From: an uncultured candidate division Zixibacteria bacterium
GTDB taxonomy: Bacteria; Zixibacteria; MSB-5A5; UBA10806; 4484-95
Direction of reading: 5' to 3'
Length of the DNA: 64,000 nucleotides
NCBI GenBank assembly: GCA_963668625.2
Contig: CAXXKA010000010.1
Location: forward strand, 384,001 to 448,000
The notes beneath the pieces are model-generated. The model saw nothing but the letters and a program-made list of their open reading frames with translations. It was not told the DNA's origin and did not search any database. Made by a program: the position numbers and the translations under genes. Each line of letters begins with the position of its first letter. The stretch's first letter is position 1. Below are positions 18,804-28,513 of this stretch, one piece after another.

Positions 18804-21800
18804 ATGAAAAAAGTACTGCTTTTTATATTGATACCAATTTCATTTTGCGCCATAACTTCTTATGCGCTGGCCGATCCTCCGGCTAACGATGATTGTATCG
18901 ATGCTACTGATGCCGGCACCCTGTCGGCGGGCATGCCCGTTCAACTCAGCGGTAGTTTGATTGATGCTACGAATGATTGCCAGAATGTTTGGTATCCAGA
19001 GGTGTGGATTAAGTTCACAATTACATCATTTATGGATGTTACGATAGATTACTGTGATGATGCAAACTACTTGTTTGAGGCATCCTCCGTGCTATTTAGT
19101 GATTGCCCGTGTGGTTCAGCTATTGATTACAGTCTTTGGGATCATTGCCCGTTAGGTAATCCGTCGTATACCTGGTATGGCCTGAGCGCTGGTACTTACT
19201 ATTATCCAATTGGAGGCGTGTGGGGTAGTACTGAGAAAGCCGGCTCCTATACGATAAACATAACCGGTGATAATTGTCCGCCACCTCCTGCCAATGATGA
19301 TTGTGCTAACGCGATCTCGGTATCCGAGGTTACGGACCAGTCTTACAGCACTCGCGGAGCTACTTTTGATGGCACAGGTACCTGCCTGACCTCTGGAAAT
19401 ATCTGGTATGTGTATACACCCAGCTTCACGGGTACTGCCAGGATTTCGCTGGATCCATCATATAGTTCAAGAGTTACCGCTTATGATGGCTACTCTTGTT
19501 TGCCATTGCCTTCACAGTTGGGATGCGAGGAATCAGAGATTGATTTTGCGGTCGTTACAGGCCAGCAGTACCTTTTGGAAATCGGTGGTTCCGATTCATC
19601 CGTTGGAGATGGAACATTTACTATTAGAGAAGCTCCGGAATCGCCAGCCAACGACGATTGCGCTGACGCTACCGATGCAGGGACCCTGGTAGACGGCAAC
19701 ACGGTTCAGCTCAGTGGGTCTCTTATTGAGGCGACTGTTGATTGTCAGTTTAACTATGTCCCCGAAGTCTGGGTAAAATTCACTTTAAACTCTTGCATGG
19801 ATGTTACCATTGATTTTTGCGATTATGAGGAACAGTTTTATGGCGCTCCCATGTATTTATACGCGGATTGCCCCTGCGATGATGGGATGGTATCATATAA
19901 TAACTCATACAACTGCGAGCTTAACGGCAATCCGATAATGACCTGGCAGGGGCTGGAAGCCGGTACATATTATTATGCAATATATTATGAGTTCTTCTTA
20001 AATACCGATGCGTATGATTCATATGTTGTTAATATTACCGGCACTGATTGCCCGTTACCGCCTGCTAATGATAACTGCAGTGACGCTATCGCAATCGGAG
20101 AGGTAACCGATTATGGATTCACGACCCGAAGTGCGACATATGATGGCAGCGGTAGTTGTATCACCGAGGGGGCAAATGTATGGTTTGTTTATACTCCATC
20201 GTTTACCGGAGATGCCAGAATAAATCTTAACGGCTCCGAATTCAACACTGTATTTGCTGTCTACGATGGCGCGACCTGCTCTCCTCTTCCCTTTGAAATC
20301 GATTGTACTGAGGAACCAAGTATGGATTACATAGTGGTTTCCGGACAACAATACCTTATAGAAATCGGCGCGAGCAATGAAGAGACAGGCGCCGGTGTAT
20401 TAACTATTGGTGAAGTACCTGATGCCCCGCCGAATGATAACTGTGAAAATGCGGATGATGGCGGAGTATTGATATCAGATTCTACAGTTCAATTTACAGG
20501 CACCACGGCTGGAGCGACACAGGATTGTGTGATGAATTACTATCCTGAGGTCTGGATTAAATTCACGGTACCATCCTGCATGGATATCACCATTGATTTT
20601 TGTGAAAATGAAGGCCGTATCTGGGAATTAGCGGAAAATTTGTATTACGATTGCTCATGTTACGATAGTCGTTACGCTAATGGCAATGACTATTGCGATA
20701 ACGACAATCCTATACTTAATTTCTATGGAGTCGAATCGGGTACATACTATTATTCAGTTTATGCTGTAGATGGAGGCAGTCCTTATACAGTTAACATTAC
20801 GGGCGTTGATTGTCCTTTACCTCCTGAGCCGGATTTCATCGTGACTGCCCCCTATACGGGAACAAGCACTACATGCGGTGCCGGGGACGATTGCAGAATT
20901 CCTTACGCCGGTGAGGATCAACTTTATGAGGTAACAATTTCCACGGATGGCAACTGGCTTTTCTCGCTGTGTAATAGCCAATCGGAATGGGAATCAGCAA
21001 TTACTCTTGGCACATCTCCCTGCGGCTGGGATATTGATCTGGAAAATCAAGATTGTGAAAACTGGCAGTCAGCGGGAATAGCTTATGGCCTTGATGCTGG
21101 AACCTATTACCTGAATATTGATGCCTCTGGAATCAGTTGCGGCGAATATACGCTGGATATACTTGAAATACCAGGGCCTTGCGATAATTCATACTATACC
21201 AATGGTAATCCGGATTACGCTGATGCGATAGCATCTTATCGCACGAGCGGAGAGACAGGTGTTTACTATGCCTGTGATGATTTCACTATCACCGAAGACA
21301 TTACTCTCGAAAGTATTAATTTCATGTCCGCTCTGTATAGCGAAGGTTTTGTGTATTTCGATGGGACAGGCGACTATATGATTTTATCTGACGATGGCGG
21401 CGCTCCCGGATCAATTCTTTACGAAGGCACGGAAGTGCAATGCGATGAAGTATCGACCGGCCGTCTTTATCATGGCATGGATGAAGTTTTCGCGTATCAA
21501 TTCGATAATCTGGACATCGAATTAGCGGCTGGAACTTATTTCCTGGCCTGTCGCACTATATCATCCCCGAACTACTGGTTAACGACAGATTCTCAAGCCG
21601 GAACAACCGCGTTTTACATGGATGATATTAATACTAATTGGACTCCATCAGGAGTTAACGCCGATTTGGCCTTCTGTTTGCTTGCTTCTACAAACGGCGG
21701 CGATTTCGAATACCTCCCCGGTGACGCCAACATGGCTGCCGGCTCGTGGCCGCCGAATGTAATCGGCGCGGATGTCACCTACCTGGTAAACTATTTCCGG

Positions 21801-22055
21801 GCTATCGCCGCGCCATGTCTGGTCGGTGGTTTCTATAACTCGGCTGATGCTAACGGTGACTGTTCGGTAATCGGCGCTGATGTCACTTACCTGGTACAAT
21901 ATTTCCGAGGCGCGAACGAATTACATTTCTGCCCGGACTATGAGCCAGCCTGGCAAAGCAGCGGTGATTTACCGGCCGAGGCTCCCTCCGGTTGGCCGAA
22001 TTGTGAAACTCCATCGTTGCTAAACGATCTAATTGTGCCCACTTCAGATCGTTAA
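18804..22055 (+). CDS. Large secreted acidic Cys-rich protein (PPANDDC modules) with C-terminal dockerin-like domain
   Basis: Signal peptide; five P.ND.C...EVW/N.W modules; C-terminal YLPGDAN...GADVTYLVNYFR...ADANGDC.VIGADVTYLVQYFR (duplicated calcium-binding dockerin pattern). Confidence 0.8.
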   Translation: MKKVLLFILIPISFCAITSYALADPPANDDCIDATDAGTLSAGMPVQLSGSLIDATNDCQNVWYPEVWIKFTITSFMDVTIDYCDDANYLFEASSVLFSDCPCGSAIDYSLWDHCPLGNPSYTWYGLSAGTYYYPIGGVWGSTEKAGSYTINITGDNCPPPPANDDCANAISVSEVTDQSYSTRGATFDGTGTCLTSGNIWYVYTPSFTGTARISLDPSYSSRVTAYDGYSCLPLPSQLGCEESEIDFAVVTGQQYLLEIGGSDSSVGDGTFTIREAPESPANDDCADATDAGTLVDGNTVQLSGSLIEATVDCQFNYVPEVWVKFTLNSCMDVTIDFCDYEEQFYGAPMYLYADCPCDDGMVSYNNSYNCELNGNPIMTWQGLEAGTYYYAIYYEFFLNTDAYDSYVVNITGTDCPLPPANDNCSDAIAIGEVTDYGFTTRSATYDGSGSCITEGANVWFVYTPSFTGDARINLNGSEFNTVFAVYDGATCSPLPFEIDCTEEPSMDYIVVSGQQYLIEIGASNEETGAGVLTIGEVPDAPPNDNCENADDGGVLISDSTVQFTGTTAGATQDCVMNYYPEVWIKFTVPSCMDITIDFCENEGRIWELAENLYYDCSCYDSRYANGNDYCDNDNPILNFYGVESGTYYYSVYAVDGGSPYTVNITGVDCPLPPEPDFIVTAPYTGTSTTCGAGDDCRIPYAGEDQLYEVTISTDGNWLFSLCNSQSEWESAITLGTSPCGWDIDLENQDCENWQSAGIAYGLDAGTYYLNIDASGISCGEYTLDILEIPGPCDNSYYTNGNPDYADAIASYRTSGETGVYYACDDFTITEDITLESINFMSALYSEGFVYFDGTGDYMILSDDGGAPGSILYEGTEVQCDEVSTGRLYHGMDEVFAYQFDNLDIELAAGTYFLACRTISSPNYWLTTDSQAGTTAFYMDDINTNWTPSGVNADLAFCLLASTNGGDFEYLPGDANMAAGSWPPNVIGADVTYLVNYFRAIAAPCLVGGFYNSADANGDCSVIGADVTYLVQYFRGANELHFCPDYEPAWQSSGDLPAEAPSGWPNCETPSLLNDLIVPTSDR

Positions 22056-22078
22056 TTATTACCTTTAAGAAAAGGGTG

Positions 22079-22106
22079 AAAGGCGGCTTTAAAGCCGCCT
22101 TTTTTC
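22079..22106 (+). terminator. Intrinsic terminator
   Basis: AAAGGCGGCT-TTAA-AGCCGCCTTT followed by a T run. Confidence 0.85.
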
Positions 22107-22267
22107 TAACGATTTTCTAACGAGTTACTCGATGGAACTCAACAGAAATCGACACAACTTAACGCAACTGAATGGAACTAAACAGTTGAATATCAGCAAA
22201 TTAAACATAACTCGATGATATACAGAATATTAGCTGATATTACCCTCGTCGAATCCCTTTTTCTCCG
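22103..22267 (+). mobile_element. attR-like site 2 (degenerate tRNA-Ser 3' end with the same arm architecture)
   Basis: TCGAATCCCTTTTTCTCCG (17/19 match) at 22249-22267; TTTCTAACGA x2; five 10-bp units (22134-22183); TATCAGCAAATTA IHF-like site (22191-22203); collinear with 14689-14854. Confidence 0.8.
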
Positions 22268-22371
22268 TATTATAACTCCACTATTCAATACTTGACAGTA
22301 ATTGCGACAGTAGGAAATACAACCTTCATTTAAAATTCTAAATAAAGGTTTACAATTTCACAAAAAATAAC

Positions 22372-22399
22372 TTGACATTCATTGAAATAAATATATAAT
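22372..22399 (+). promoter_or_regulatory. Promoter of the lysW operon
   Basis: Consensus TTGACA-16-TATAAT. Confidence 0.75.
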
Positions 22400-22433
22400 G
22401 GCTTCTCGAGTTTGAACGATATTAAGAAATGAG

Positions 22434-22574
22434 ATGAGATTGAATAACCCAAATGGCATTATCGCCAAAGCAGCAAGCTCAATAAACGGCCGAAAACAGG
22501 TTGTCATAAATAAGTCTAAGCGCGTGCTTAATATATATGGAGATATCCGGTTGGGTTACATCGTAATGAAATAG
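22434..22574 (+). CDS. Putative leader peptide (46 aa)
   Basis: MRLNNPNGIIAKAASSINGRKQVVINKSKRVLNIYGDIRLGYIVMK*, lying between the promoter and an intrinsic terminator. Confidence 0.4.
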   Translation: MRLNNPNGIIAKAASSINGRKQVVINKSKRVLNIYGDIRLGYIVMK

Positions 22575-22599
22575 AATCTGAGTAAAAATAAAATTCTTT

Positions 22600-22633
22600 A
22601 AAAAGCCTTTCCACCCGGAAAGGCTTTTTTTTT
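22600..22633 (+). terminator. Attenuator-type intrinsic terminator upstream of lysW
   Basis: AAAAAGCCTTTCC-ACCC-GGAAAGGC followed by 9 T, between the promoter and the first gene. Confidence 0.75.
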
Positions 22634-22665
22634 CGCTTAATAACTCAAATTGAAAGGAAAGAAAA

Positions 22666-22830
22666 ATGACAGAATGCCCGGTTTGCGGAACAAAAATTAC
22701 ATTGGAAAACGATGTTGTTCAAGGTGAAATCCTTGTCTGTATTGAATGCGGTACGGAGTTAGAACTTTTTAGTGTTGATCCTATAACTATAGTTGAAGCG
22801 CCTCAGGAAGAAGAGGATTGGGGTGAATAA
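22666..22830 (+). CDS. lysW: Amino-group carrier protein LysW (54 aa)
   Basis: Not in the ORF track. MTECPVCG...CIECGTELEL...APQEEEDWGE*: two CxxC motifs plus the C-terminal EDWGE signature. Confidence 0.97.
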   Translation: MTECPVCGTKITLENDVVQGEILVCIECGTELELFSVDPITIVEAPQEEEDWGE

Positions 22831-23992
22831 TCAAATCCAGATACTTGATTCAACTCTACGTGAGGGAGAACAAACTCCGGGAGTTTATTTCGACAATCAC
22901 ATAAAAAAAGAAATTGCGGATATTCTGAACTCCATTGGCGTTGGCTATATAGAGGCTGGGCATCCCCTGGTTAGCGATGAAATCTGTACGGCAGTTAGAG
23001 ATATTAGTCGCCTTAACTTGAACTCGATAGTCGTTGCTCATGCCAGATCACAGAAAAAAGATATAGATATGGCATTGCAATCAAATGTCGGTATGATCGG
23101 GATTTTCTATTGTGTTTCCGATAAAAGACTAAATGACGTTTTCAATGTAAGCCTGACCAAAGCAATCGACCAGATAGTATCAACAATTACCTATGCTAAA
23201 GAGCAGAAGCCTGATATTCTGATCAGGTATACACCCGAGGATACGGTACGTTCGAAATTTCAAAACGTCGTTGATGCCTCAGTAGCGGCTGTCGAAGCCG
23301 GCGCGGATATTATTAGTGTTGCTGATACTACTGGATATATGATACCCGGCGTCCGTAGCATGTATGATTATATAAGCCGGCTCAGGGATGCATTATCAAA
23401 GCATGGGATACGTCCTACTATCGCAGCCCATTGCCACAACGACAGGGGGCTTGCTCTGGCAAATTCGCTTGATGCCGTGCGGGCTGGAGCCAACATTATT
23501 GACGCCTCCGTGTTGAGGCTGGGTGAACGAACCGGTATTACTGATCTCGCTGAAATTCTCTTTAATCTAACTGATGGATTTCATCTAGATCGGTGGGATC
23601 TCCCACGTCTGCAAAAACTATATGAACTCGTTAGCAATTACACCGGCATCGGAATCCCTGTAAATTATCCTATTGTCGGGGAAAATGCTTTTACTCACAA
23701 TGCTGGTGTTCATACCCATGCATGGATCAAGAAGAACGACCATTATGAAAGCGTGCAGCCTGAAATTGTCGGCCGTACATCAAAAATATGCCTGGATAAT
23801 ATGTCCGGTTTGGCCTCGGTGATTCATGCTCTGGAGCGCATAAGCAATGCTGAAATAGATATTGAAATGGCAAAGTGGATTTTAAAACGCGTGAAGGAGA
23901 TTGGTTTGAGAGGACGCGCTGTTAAAGAAGATGAACTGAATTTGTTGGTTAAATACTTTAAATCTCTGGTTGAAGGACATTCAGCTGCTTAA
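22823..23992 (+). CDS. Homocitrate synthase / LeuA-family (DRE-TIM) enzyme
   Basis: DSTLREGEQ, ADTTG, HCHNDRGLALAN, LGERTG and AFTHNAGVH motifs; no LeuA regulatory domain; GTG start overlaps the lysW end. Confidence 0.85.
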   Translation: MNNQIQILDSTLREGEQTPGVYFDNHIKKEIADILNSIGVGYIEAGHPLVSDEICTAVRDISRLNLNSIVVAHARSQKKDIDMALQSNVGMIGIFYCVSDKRLNDVFNVSLTKAIDQIVSTITYAKEQKPDILIRYTPEDTVRSKFQNVVDASVAAVEAGADIISVADTTGYMIPGVRSMYDYISRLRDALSKHGIRPTIAAHCHNDRGLALANSLDAVRAGANIIDASVLRLGERTGITDLAEILFNLTDGFHLDRWDLPRLQKLYELVSNYTGIGIPVNYPIVGENAFTHNAGVHTHAWIKKNDHYESVQPEIVGRTSKICLDNMSGLASVIHALERISNAEIDIEMAKWILKRVKEIGLRGRAVKEDELNLLVKYFKSLVEGHSAA

Positions 23993-24006
23993 GAAAGTAG
24001 GATAAT

Positions 24007-24861
24007 ATGAGAATTGGTTTTTTACATTCGCTAATTCGCAAAGATGAGAAATTGTTGATAGATGAATTCAAAAAGAGAAAAAATCTTGAATTAGTGATGA
24101 TAGATGACAGGCGGATTTCATTTGATTTAAAAAGCTCCGGATATTCTGTAGATGTATTGGTTGAGAGGTGCATAAACCATTCGAGGGCGCTCCATGCTTT
24201 AAGGCTTTTTGAAAGCCAGGGTATAACCTGCGTAAATACATCCTCAGTGGCGACTATATGTGGAGATAAACTACTAACCTCGGTTGTACTCGAGGAGAAT
24301 AATATACCTCAGCCTGAGATTCGAGTTGCTTTTACAGTGGAATCAGCTCTGTCGGCAATTGAGGATATTGGTTATCCGGTTGTTTTGAAACCAGCTGTTG
24401 GCTCCTGGGGAAGGCTTCTGGCTAAAATCAACGATCGCGATGCAGCGGAGGCAATCCTTGAGCATAAAACTGTTCTGGGAAGTTACCATCATTCGATTTT
24501 CTATATACAGAAATATATCTCTAAAAATGGCAGAGACATCAGGAGCTTTATTGTTGGCGATCGATGTATAGCCGCGATTTATAGAAATTCTGATCATTGG
24601 ATAACCAACACCGCGAGAGGAGCTGAAGCAGAAAACTGCCCGGTAACCGCAGACATTCGCGATCTCTCTATAAGAGCAGCCAGGGCCGTAGGTGGGGGAA
24701 TCGTGGCAGTTGATCTTCTGGAGAGCCCGGACGGTCTTCTGGTTAATGAAGTTAATTACACGATGGAATTTAAAAACAGTATAACCACGACAGGTGTTGA
24801 TATACCCCGATACATTGTCGACTACGCGATAACGGCGGCTGAAAGAGGAGTTTATGAATAA
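24007..24861 (+). CDS. lysX: LysW--alpha-aminoadipate ligase LysX (RimK ATP-grasp family)
   Basis: [18 protein letters not shown] and EVNYTMEF motifs, which are LysX-like rather than ArgX-like. Confidence 0.92.
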   Translation: MRIGFLHSLIRKDEKLLIDEFKKRKNLELVMIDDRRISFDLKSSGYSVDVLVERCINHSRALHALRLFESQGITCVNTSSVATICGDKLLTSVVLEENNIPQPEIRVAFTVESALSAIEDIGYPVVLKPAVGSWGRLLAKINDRDAAEAILEHKTVLGSYHHSIFYIQKYISKNGRDIRSFIVGDRCIAAIYRNSDHWITNTARGAEAENCPVTADIRDLSIRAARAVGGGIVAVDLLESPDGLLVNEVNYTMEFKNSITTTGVDIPRYIVDYAITAAERGVYE

Positions 24862-25900
24862 TGCGAAAGTATCTGTAGTGGGAGGATCAGGCTATGTTGG
24901 CGGCGAATTAATAAGGTTGCTACTTTCACATCCTCATACGGATATTCATCAAGTGACCTCTGAAAGAAACGTGGGGAGGTATGTTCATCAGTTGCATCCC
25001 AATCTCCGCAATAGAACACGGATGAAATATTGCAAGCTTAATGACCTGGAAACCTGTGACATCCTGTTTATATGCCTGCCTCACACAAAGACCATAGCTC
25101 ATATTGATAGGTTTTTGGGGCTTGCCGATAAAGTCATCGATCTGGGTGCTGATTTCCGTTTAAACACGGAAGATGATTATGCCTTCTGGTATGGTTTACC
25201 GCACGGCTACCCGGAATTACTCAAAAAGTTCGTCTATGGCATTCCAGAACTCCGAAGAGATGAGATGAGAAATTCCAATTATATCTCCAGCGCTGGATGC
25301 AATGCCACGGTAACGATACTGGCGTTGTATCCGCTATTTAAGAACGATTTGATAGAGCCGGAGAGGACTGTCGTCGAGGTCAAGGTAGGTTCTAGCGAAA
25401 GCGGTAATAATGTTTCAATGGCTTCTCATCATCCGGAAAGAAGCGGATGTGTCAGGTCTTTCAAGCCTGTAGGTCACAGGCATATTGCTGAAATATTACA
25501 GGAGTTGTCGTTTGGAAAGAAAATCGAGGTACACTTCTCGGTCACATCGGTGGAGCTTGTTCGTGGTGCTCTGGCGACCTCGCATGTTTTTCTGAAAAGC
25601 GATGTTGATGAAAAAGATATCTGGAAAATATATCGCAAGGAATACGGTAATGAGCCCTTTATCCGTATAGTAAAAGAAAAAAATGGAATCTATCGTTACC
25701 CGGAGCCGAAATTGCTTGTAGGTTCTAATTACTGCGATATCGGTTTTGTAAAAGATATGAGCTCTAACAGGCTGGTTGTAATCAGCGCTATTGATAATCT
25801 CATGAAAGGTGCGGCCGGACAGGCTGTTCAAGCATTAAATTTGATGTTAGGCTGCAATGAAACCACAGGTCTCGAATTTCCCGGACTTCACCCGGTTTAA
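24854..25900 (+). CDS. lysY: LysW-aminoadipyl-phosphate reductase (ArgC family)
   Basis: [29 protein letters not shown] and [13 protein letters not shown] motifs; operon context. Confidence 0.9.
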   Translation: MNNAKVSVVGGSGYVGGELIRLLLSHPHTDIHQVTSERNVGRYVHQLHPNLRNRTRMKYCKLNDLETCDILFICLPHTKTIAHIDRFLGLADKVIDLGADFRLNTEDDYAFWYGLPHGYPELLKKFVYGIPELRRDEMRNSNYISSAGCNATVTILALYPLFKNDLIEPERTVVEVKVGSSESGNNVSMASHHPERSGCVRSFKPVGHRHIAEILQELSFGKKIEVHFSVTSVELVRGALATSHVFLKSDVDEKDIWKIYRKEYGNEPFIRIVKEKNGIYRYPEPKLLVGSNYCDIGFVKDMSSNRLVVISAIDNLMKGAAGQAVQALNLMLGCNETTGLEFPGLHPV

Positions 25901-25911
25901 AGGAGTGGAAG

Positions 25912-26547
25912 ATGTGCAGACTGTTGTGTGTCAAAGCAGAAAAGGAGTTTTCCATCTCATACCATCTGCGAAAATTTGCCGAGATGGCAAAAACAAGCAG
26001 GGAGTATCAGGGGCATGGTTGGGGATGCGCTTATCTTCAAGACGGAGTTTGGAAGATTTATCATAGCATTATTCCTGTTTGGGAGGATGATTTTCGGAAA
26101 TTCACGAAAACGACTCTCCTGTTAACTCATGCAAGAAGCGCTTTTCAGAACAGAGGGATCAAAGTAGAAAACAATATGCCATTTTATGATGGTAAGTATG
26201 TATTCATTTTTAACGGCGAACTTCATGGAGTGAGAATTAATGAGTCGGGAAGAATTGGTGCTGAGAAACTATTTAACTTTATTAAAAGATTTGATGATGG
26301 TGATATGGGGGAGGCGCTTGAAACAGGGATTATTTGTCTTAAAGGAAAGGTCAAATATATCAAAGCGGCTAATATAATTATTGCCGCCGGAAAGCAAGTC
26401 TATTGGGCATCATTATTCAACGAAAATCCCGAATATTTTACTATGCATTGTAAAAAGAGTGGTAACCTGAAAATTATCGCATCCGCGCCATATGTGAACG
26501 ATAACAACTGGGTGAAAATTACTAAAGGATCAATAGGGGAGTTATAA
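25912..26547 (+). CDS. Class II glutamine amidotransferase / Ntn hydrolase (EgtC/YafJ-like)
   Basis: MCRLL (N-terminal nucleophile Cys), HGWG, HARSA, NNMPF and FNGEL motifs. Confidence 0.8.
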   Translation: MCRLLCVKAEKEFSISYHLRKFAEMAKTSREYQGHGWGCAYLQDGVWKIYHSIIPVWEDDFRKFTKTTLLLTHARSAFQNRGIKVENNMPFYDGKYVFIFNGELHGVRINESGRIGAEKLFNFIKRFDDGDMGEALETGIICLKGKVKYIKAANIIIAAGKQVYWASLFNENPEYFTMHCKKSGNLKIIASAPYVNDNNWVKITKGSIGEL

Positions 26548-27339
26548 ATGATTATTGTTAAAATCGGTGGTGGAGATAAAATAAATCTCCGGGGCATTAT
26601 TGAGGATTTAGCAGACTGCGATGAGCAATTTATAATTGTGCACGGTGCTAATCATTTAAGGGATAAAATAGCGGCTGATCTGAATATCGAGAAGAAAGTA
26701 CTGACCTCGATTTCAGGGTACAGCAGCGTTTATTCCGACAGTACCGCTCTCGATCTTCTGATGATGGCGTATGCTGGATTGAGAAATAAGCGAGTTGTAG
26801 AAATTTGTCATCAAAACGGTATTAATGCTATTGGGCTTTCCGGTTTGGATGGAAAAATCATCCAGGGACAAAGAAATAAAGGTATCAGGGTAAAAATGAA
26901 TTACAAGGTCAGAATTGTCCGAGATTTTTCAGGCAAACCCAGGCAGGTTAATTCTTCATTGCTGATGTTGCTTATGGATAACGGTTACGTACCGGTATTA
27001 AGCGTCCCAATAATTGATGAGCAAAATTTTGCTATCAATTCTGATAACGATGATATTGTCGCCTTACTGCAAAAGACCTGTAATGCTAGGAAGATTATCC
27101 ATTTAATAGAGGCTCCCGGCTTTCTGGATGATCCTGATGATGAAAGCAAGGTTGTAAAAAATATTACAAGAGAGGAGTTGAAAATGCGTGAAAAGCAGGC
27201 TGAGGGGCGGATGAAAAGGAAGATGCTTGCCATAAGAAAGCTATTCGAACACGGAACGCCAACTGTATACATATCGGATGGACGAACAGCTCATCCAATT
27301 AGCAGTGCTCTGGGGGGAGAAGGGACGATTATAGCATGA
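26548..27339 (+). CDS. lysZ: LysW-aminoadipate kinase (ArgB family)
   Basis: MIIVKIGG, IVHGA, GYSSVYSD, NSDND and GRMKRK motifs. Confidence 0.9.
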   Translation: MIIVKIGGGDKINLRGIIEDLADCDEQFIIVHGANHLRDKIAADLNIEKKVLTSISGYSSVYSDSTALDLLMMAYAGLRNKRVVEICHQNGINAIGLSGLDGKIIQGQRNKGIRVKMNYKVRIVRDFSGKPRQVNSSLLMLLMDNGYVPVLSVPIIDEQNFAINSDNDDIVALLQKTCNARKIIHLIEAPGFLDDPDDESKVVKNITREELKMREKQAEGRMKRKMLAIRKLFEHGTPTVYISDGRTAHPISSALGGEGTIIA

Positions 27340-28496
27340 CAGAATTCAATCGGGAAATAGATGATAATGAGCTTGATCTGTACCCTAAAAGAGATCTCGT
27401 GATTGTAAAGGGGAAAAACGCTATTGTCTGGGATGACCGGGGCAGGGAATACATAGATTGTGTAGCAGGACATGGAGTTGTCAACGTTGGACATTGTAAT
27501 GCACGAGTAGTGAAAGCAATACAAAATCAGGCGGAAAAACTTATCAGTTGTACGGGTATATTCGATAATGATTCAAAATCCAAACTCCTGAAAATGCTCG
27601 TAGATATCTCTCCAGCAAGCTTAAATAAGGCTTTCCTTTGTAATTCAGGAACTGAAAGTATAGAAGCGGCGATAAAATTCGCACGATATTCGACTCGTAA
27701 AACTGAATTTATCTGTGCCATGAGGGGATTTCATGGTAGAACGCTGGGGTCATTAAGCGCTACTTATAATCCGAAATATAGAAATGATTTCGAACCGTTG
27801 GTTCCTGGCTTTAAGTTTGTTCCATTCAATAATTTTGATAAAATTGAATCGGTAGTATCAAAAAATACTGCAGGAATTATACTTGAAATAATCCAGGGCG
27901 AGGGTGGTATTAATTTAGGAAATCATGAATATTTTACTCAAATAAGAAGAATGTGCGATGAAAAAGAAATTCTACTTATTATCGATGAGGTCCAAACTGG
28001 ATTTGGTAGGACGGGAAAGATGTTTGCCTGCGACCACTTCGGTTTGCAGCCCGATATATTGTGTTTAGCTAAGGCCATTGCCGGCGGAATGCCCATGGGG
28101 GCAGTCTTATGCTCAAATAAAATTACAGCTTCGAAAGGGAAACATGGTTCGACATTTGGCGGAAATCCTCTTGCCTGTGAAGCGGCTCTAGCTGCTATAA
28201 CATTTATTTTGGATAGTAATCTTGCAGATCAATCATTGGAAAAAGGCGACTATATATGTTCGCGGCTAAAAGAATTCAATCTTCAAGTTATTCGTGAGAT
28301 TAGACACAAGGGGCTTATGATCGGGATTGAACTGAAAGTAAAAGTAAAACCATTTATTACCAGATTAATGAAAAAGGGAATCCTGGTTTTACCTGCAGGG
28401 GCTACGGTTATAAGACTTTTGCCGCCACTAACTATAAGTTATGAGGAATTGGATAAGGTAATCAACGAACTATATGAGGTACTACGGCCGGTGTAA
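27336..28496 (+). CDS. lysJ: LysW-aminoadipate semialdehyde transaminase (ArgD family, class III PLP)
   Basis: CNSGTESIEAA, GFHGRT, IDEVQTGFGRTG, LAKAIAGG and HGSTFGGNPLA motifs. Confidence 0.9.
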   Translation: MTEFNREIDDNELDLYPKRDLVIVKGKNAIVWDDRGREYIDCVAGHGVVNVGHCNARVVKAIQNQAEKLISCTGIFDNDSKSKLLKMLVDISPASLNKAFLCNSGTESIEAAIKFARYSTRKTEFICAMRGFHGRTLGSLSATYNPKYRNDFEPLVPGFKFVPFNNFDKIESVVSKNTAGIILEIIQGEGGINLGNHEYFTQIRRMCDEKEILLIIDEVQTGFGRTGKMFACDHFGLQPDILCLAKAIAGGMPMGAVLCSNKITASKGKHGSTFGGNPLACEAALAAITFILDSNLADQSLEKGDYICSRLKEFNLQVIREIRHKGLMIGIELKVKVKPFITRLMKKGILVLPAGATVIRLLPPLTISYEELDKVINELYEVLRPV

Positions 28497-28513
28497 CATC
28501 ATAATCGGTGTAG

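Noticed and set aside
21648-21899. Recurring minus-strand ORFs (also 38182-38496, 45001-45312, 51063-51794)
   Set aside because: They are antisense shadows of the conserved dockerin and GACC repeats; recurrence is explained by the plus-strand genes.
22400-22600. Lysine riboswitch or T-box upstream of lysW
   Set aside because: No L-box or T-box consensus was recognised; a leader ORF with terminator/antiterminator explains the region.
22793-22822. ORF-track start of the homocitrate synthase-like gene
   Set aside because: It overlaps the lysW 3' end; GTG at 22823 after GAGGA is more plausible.
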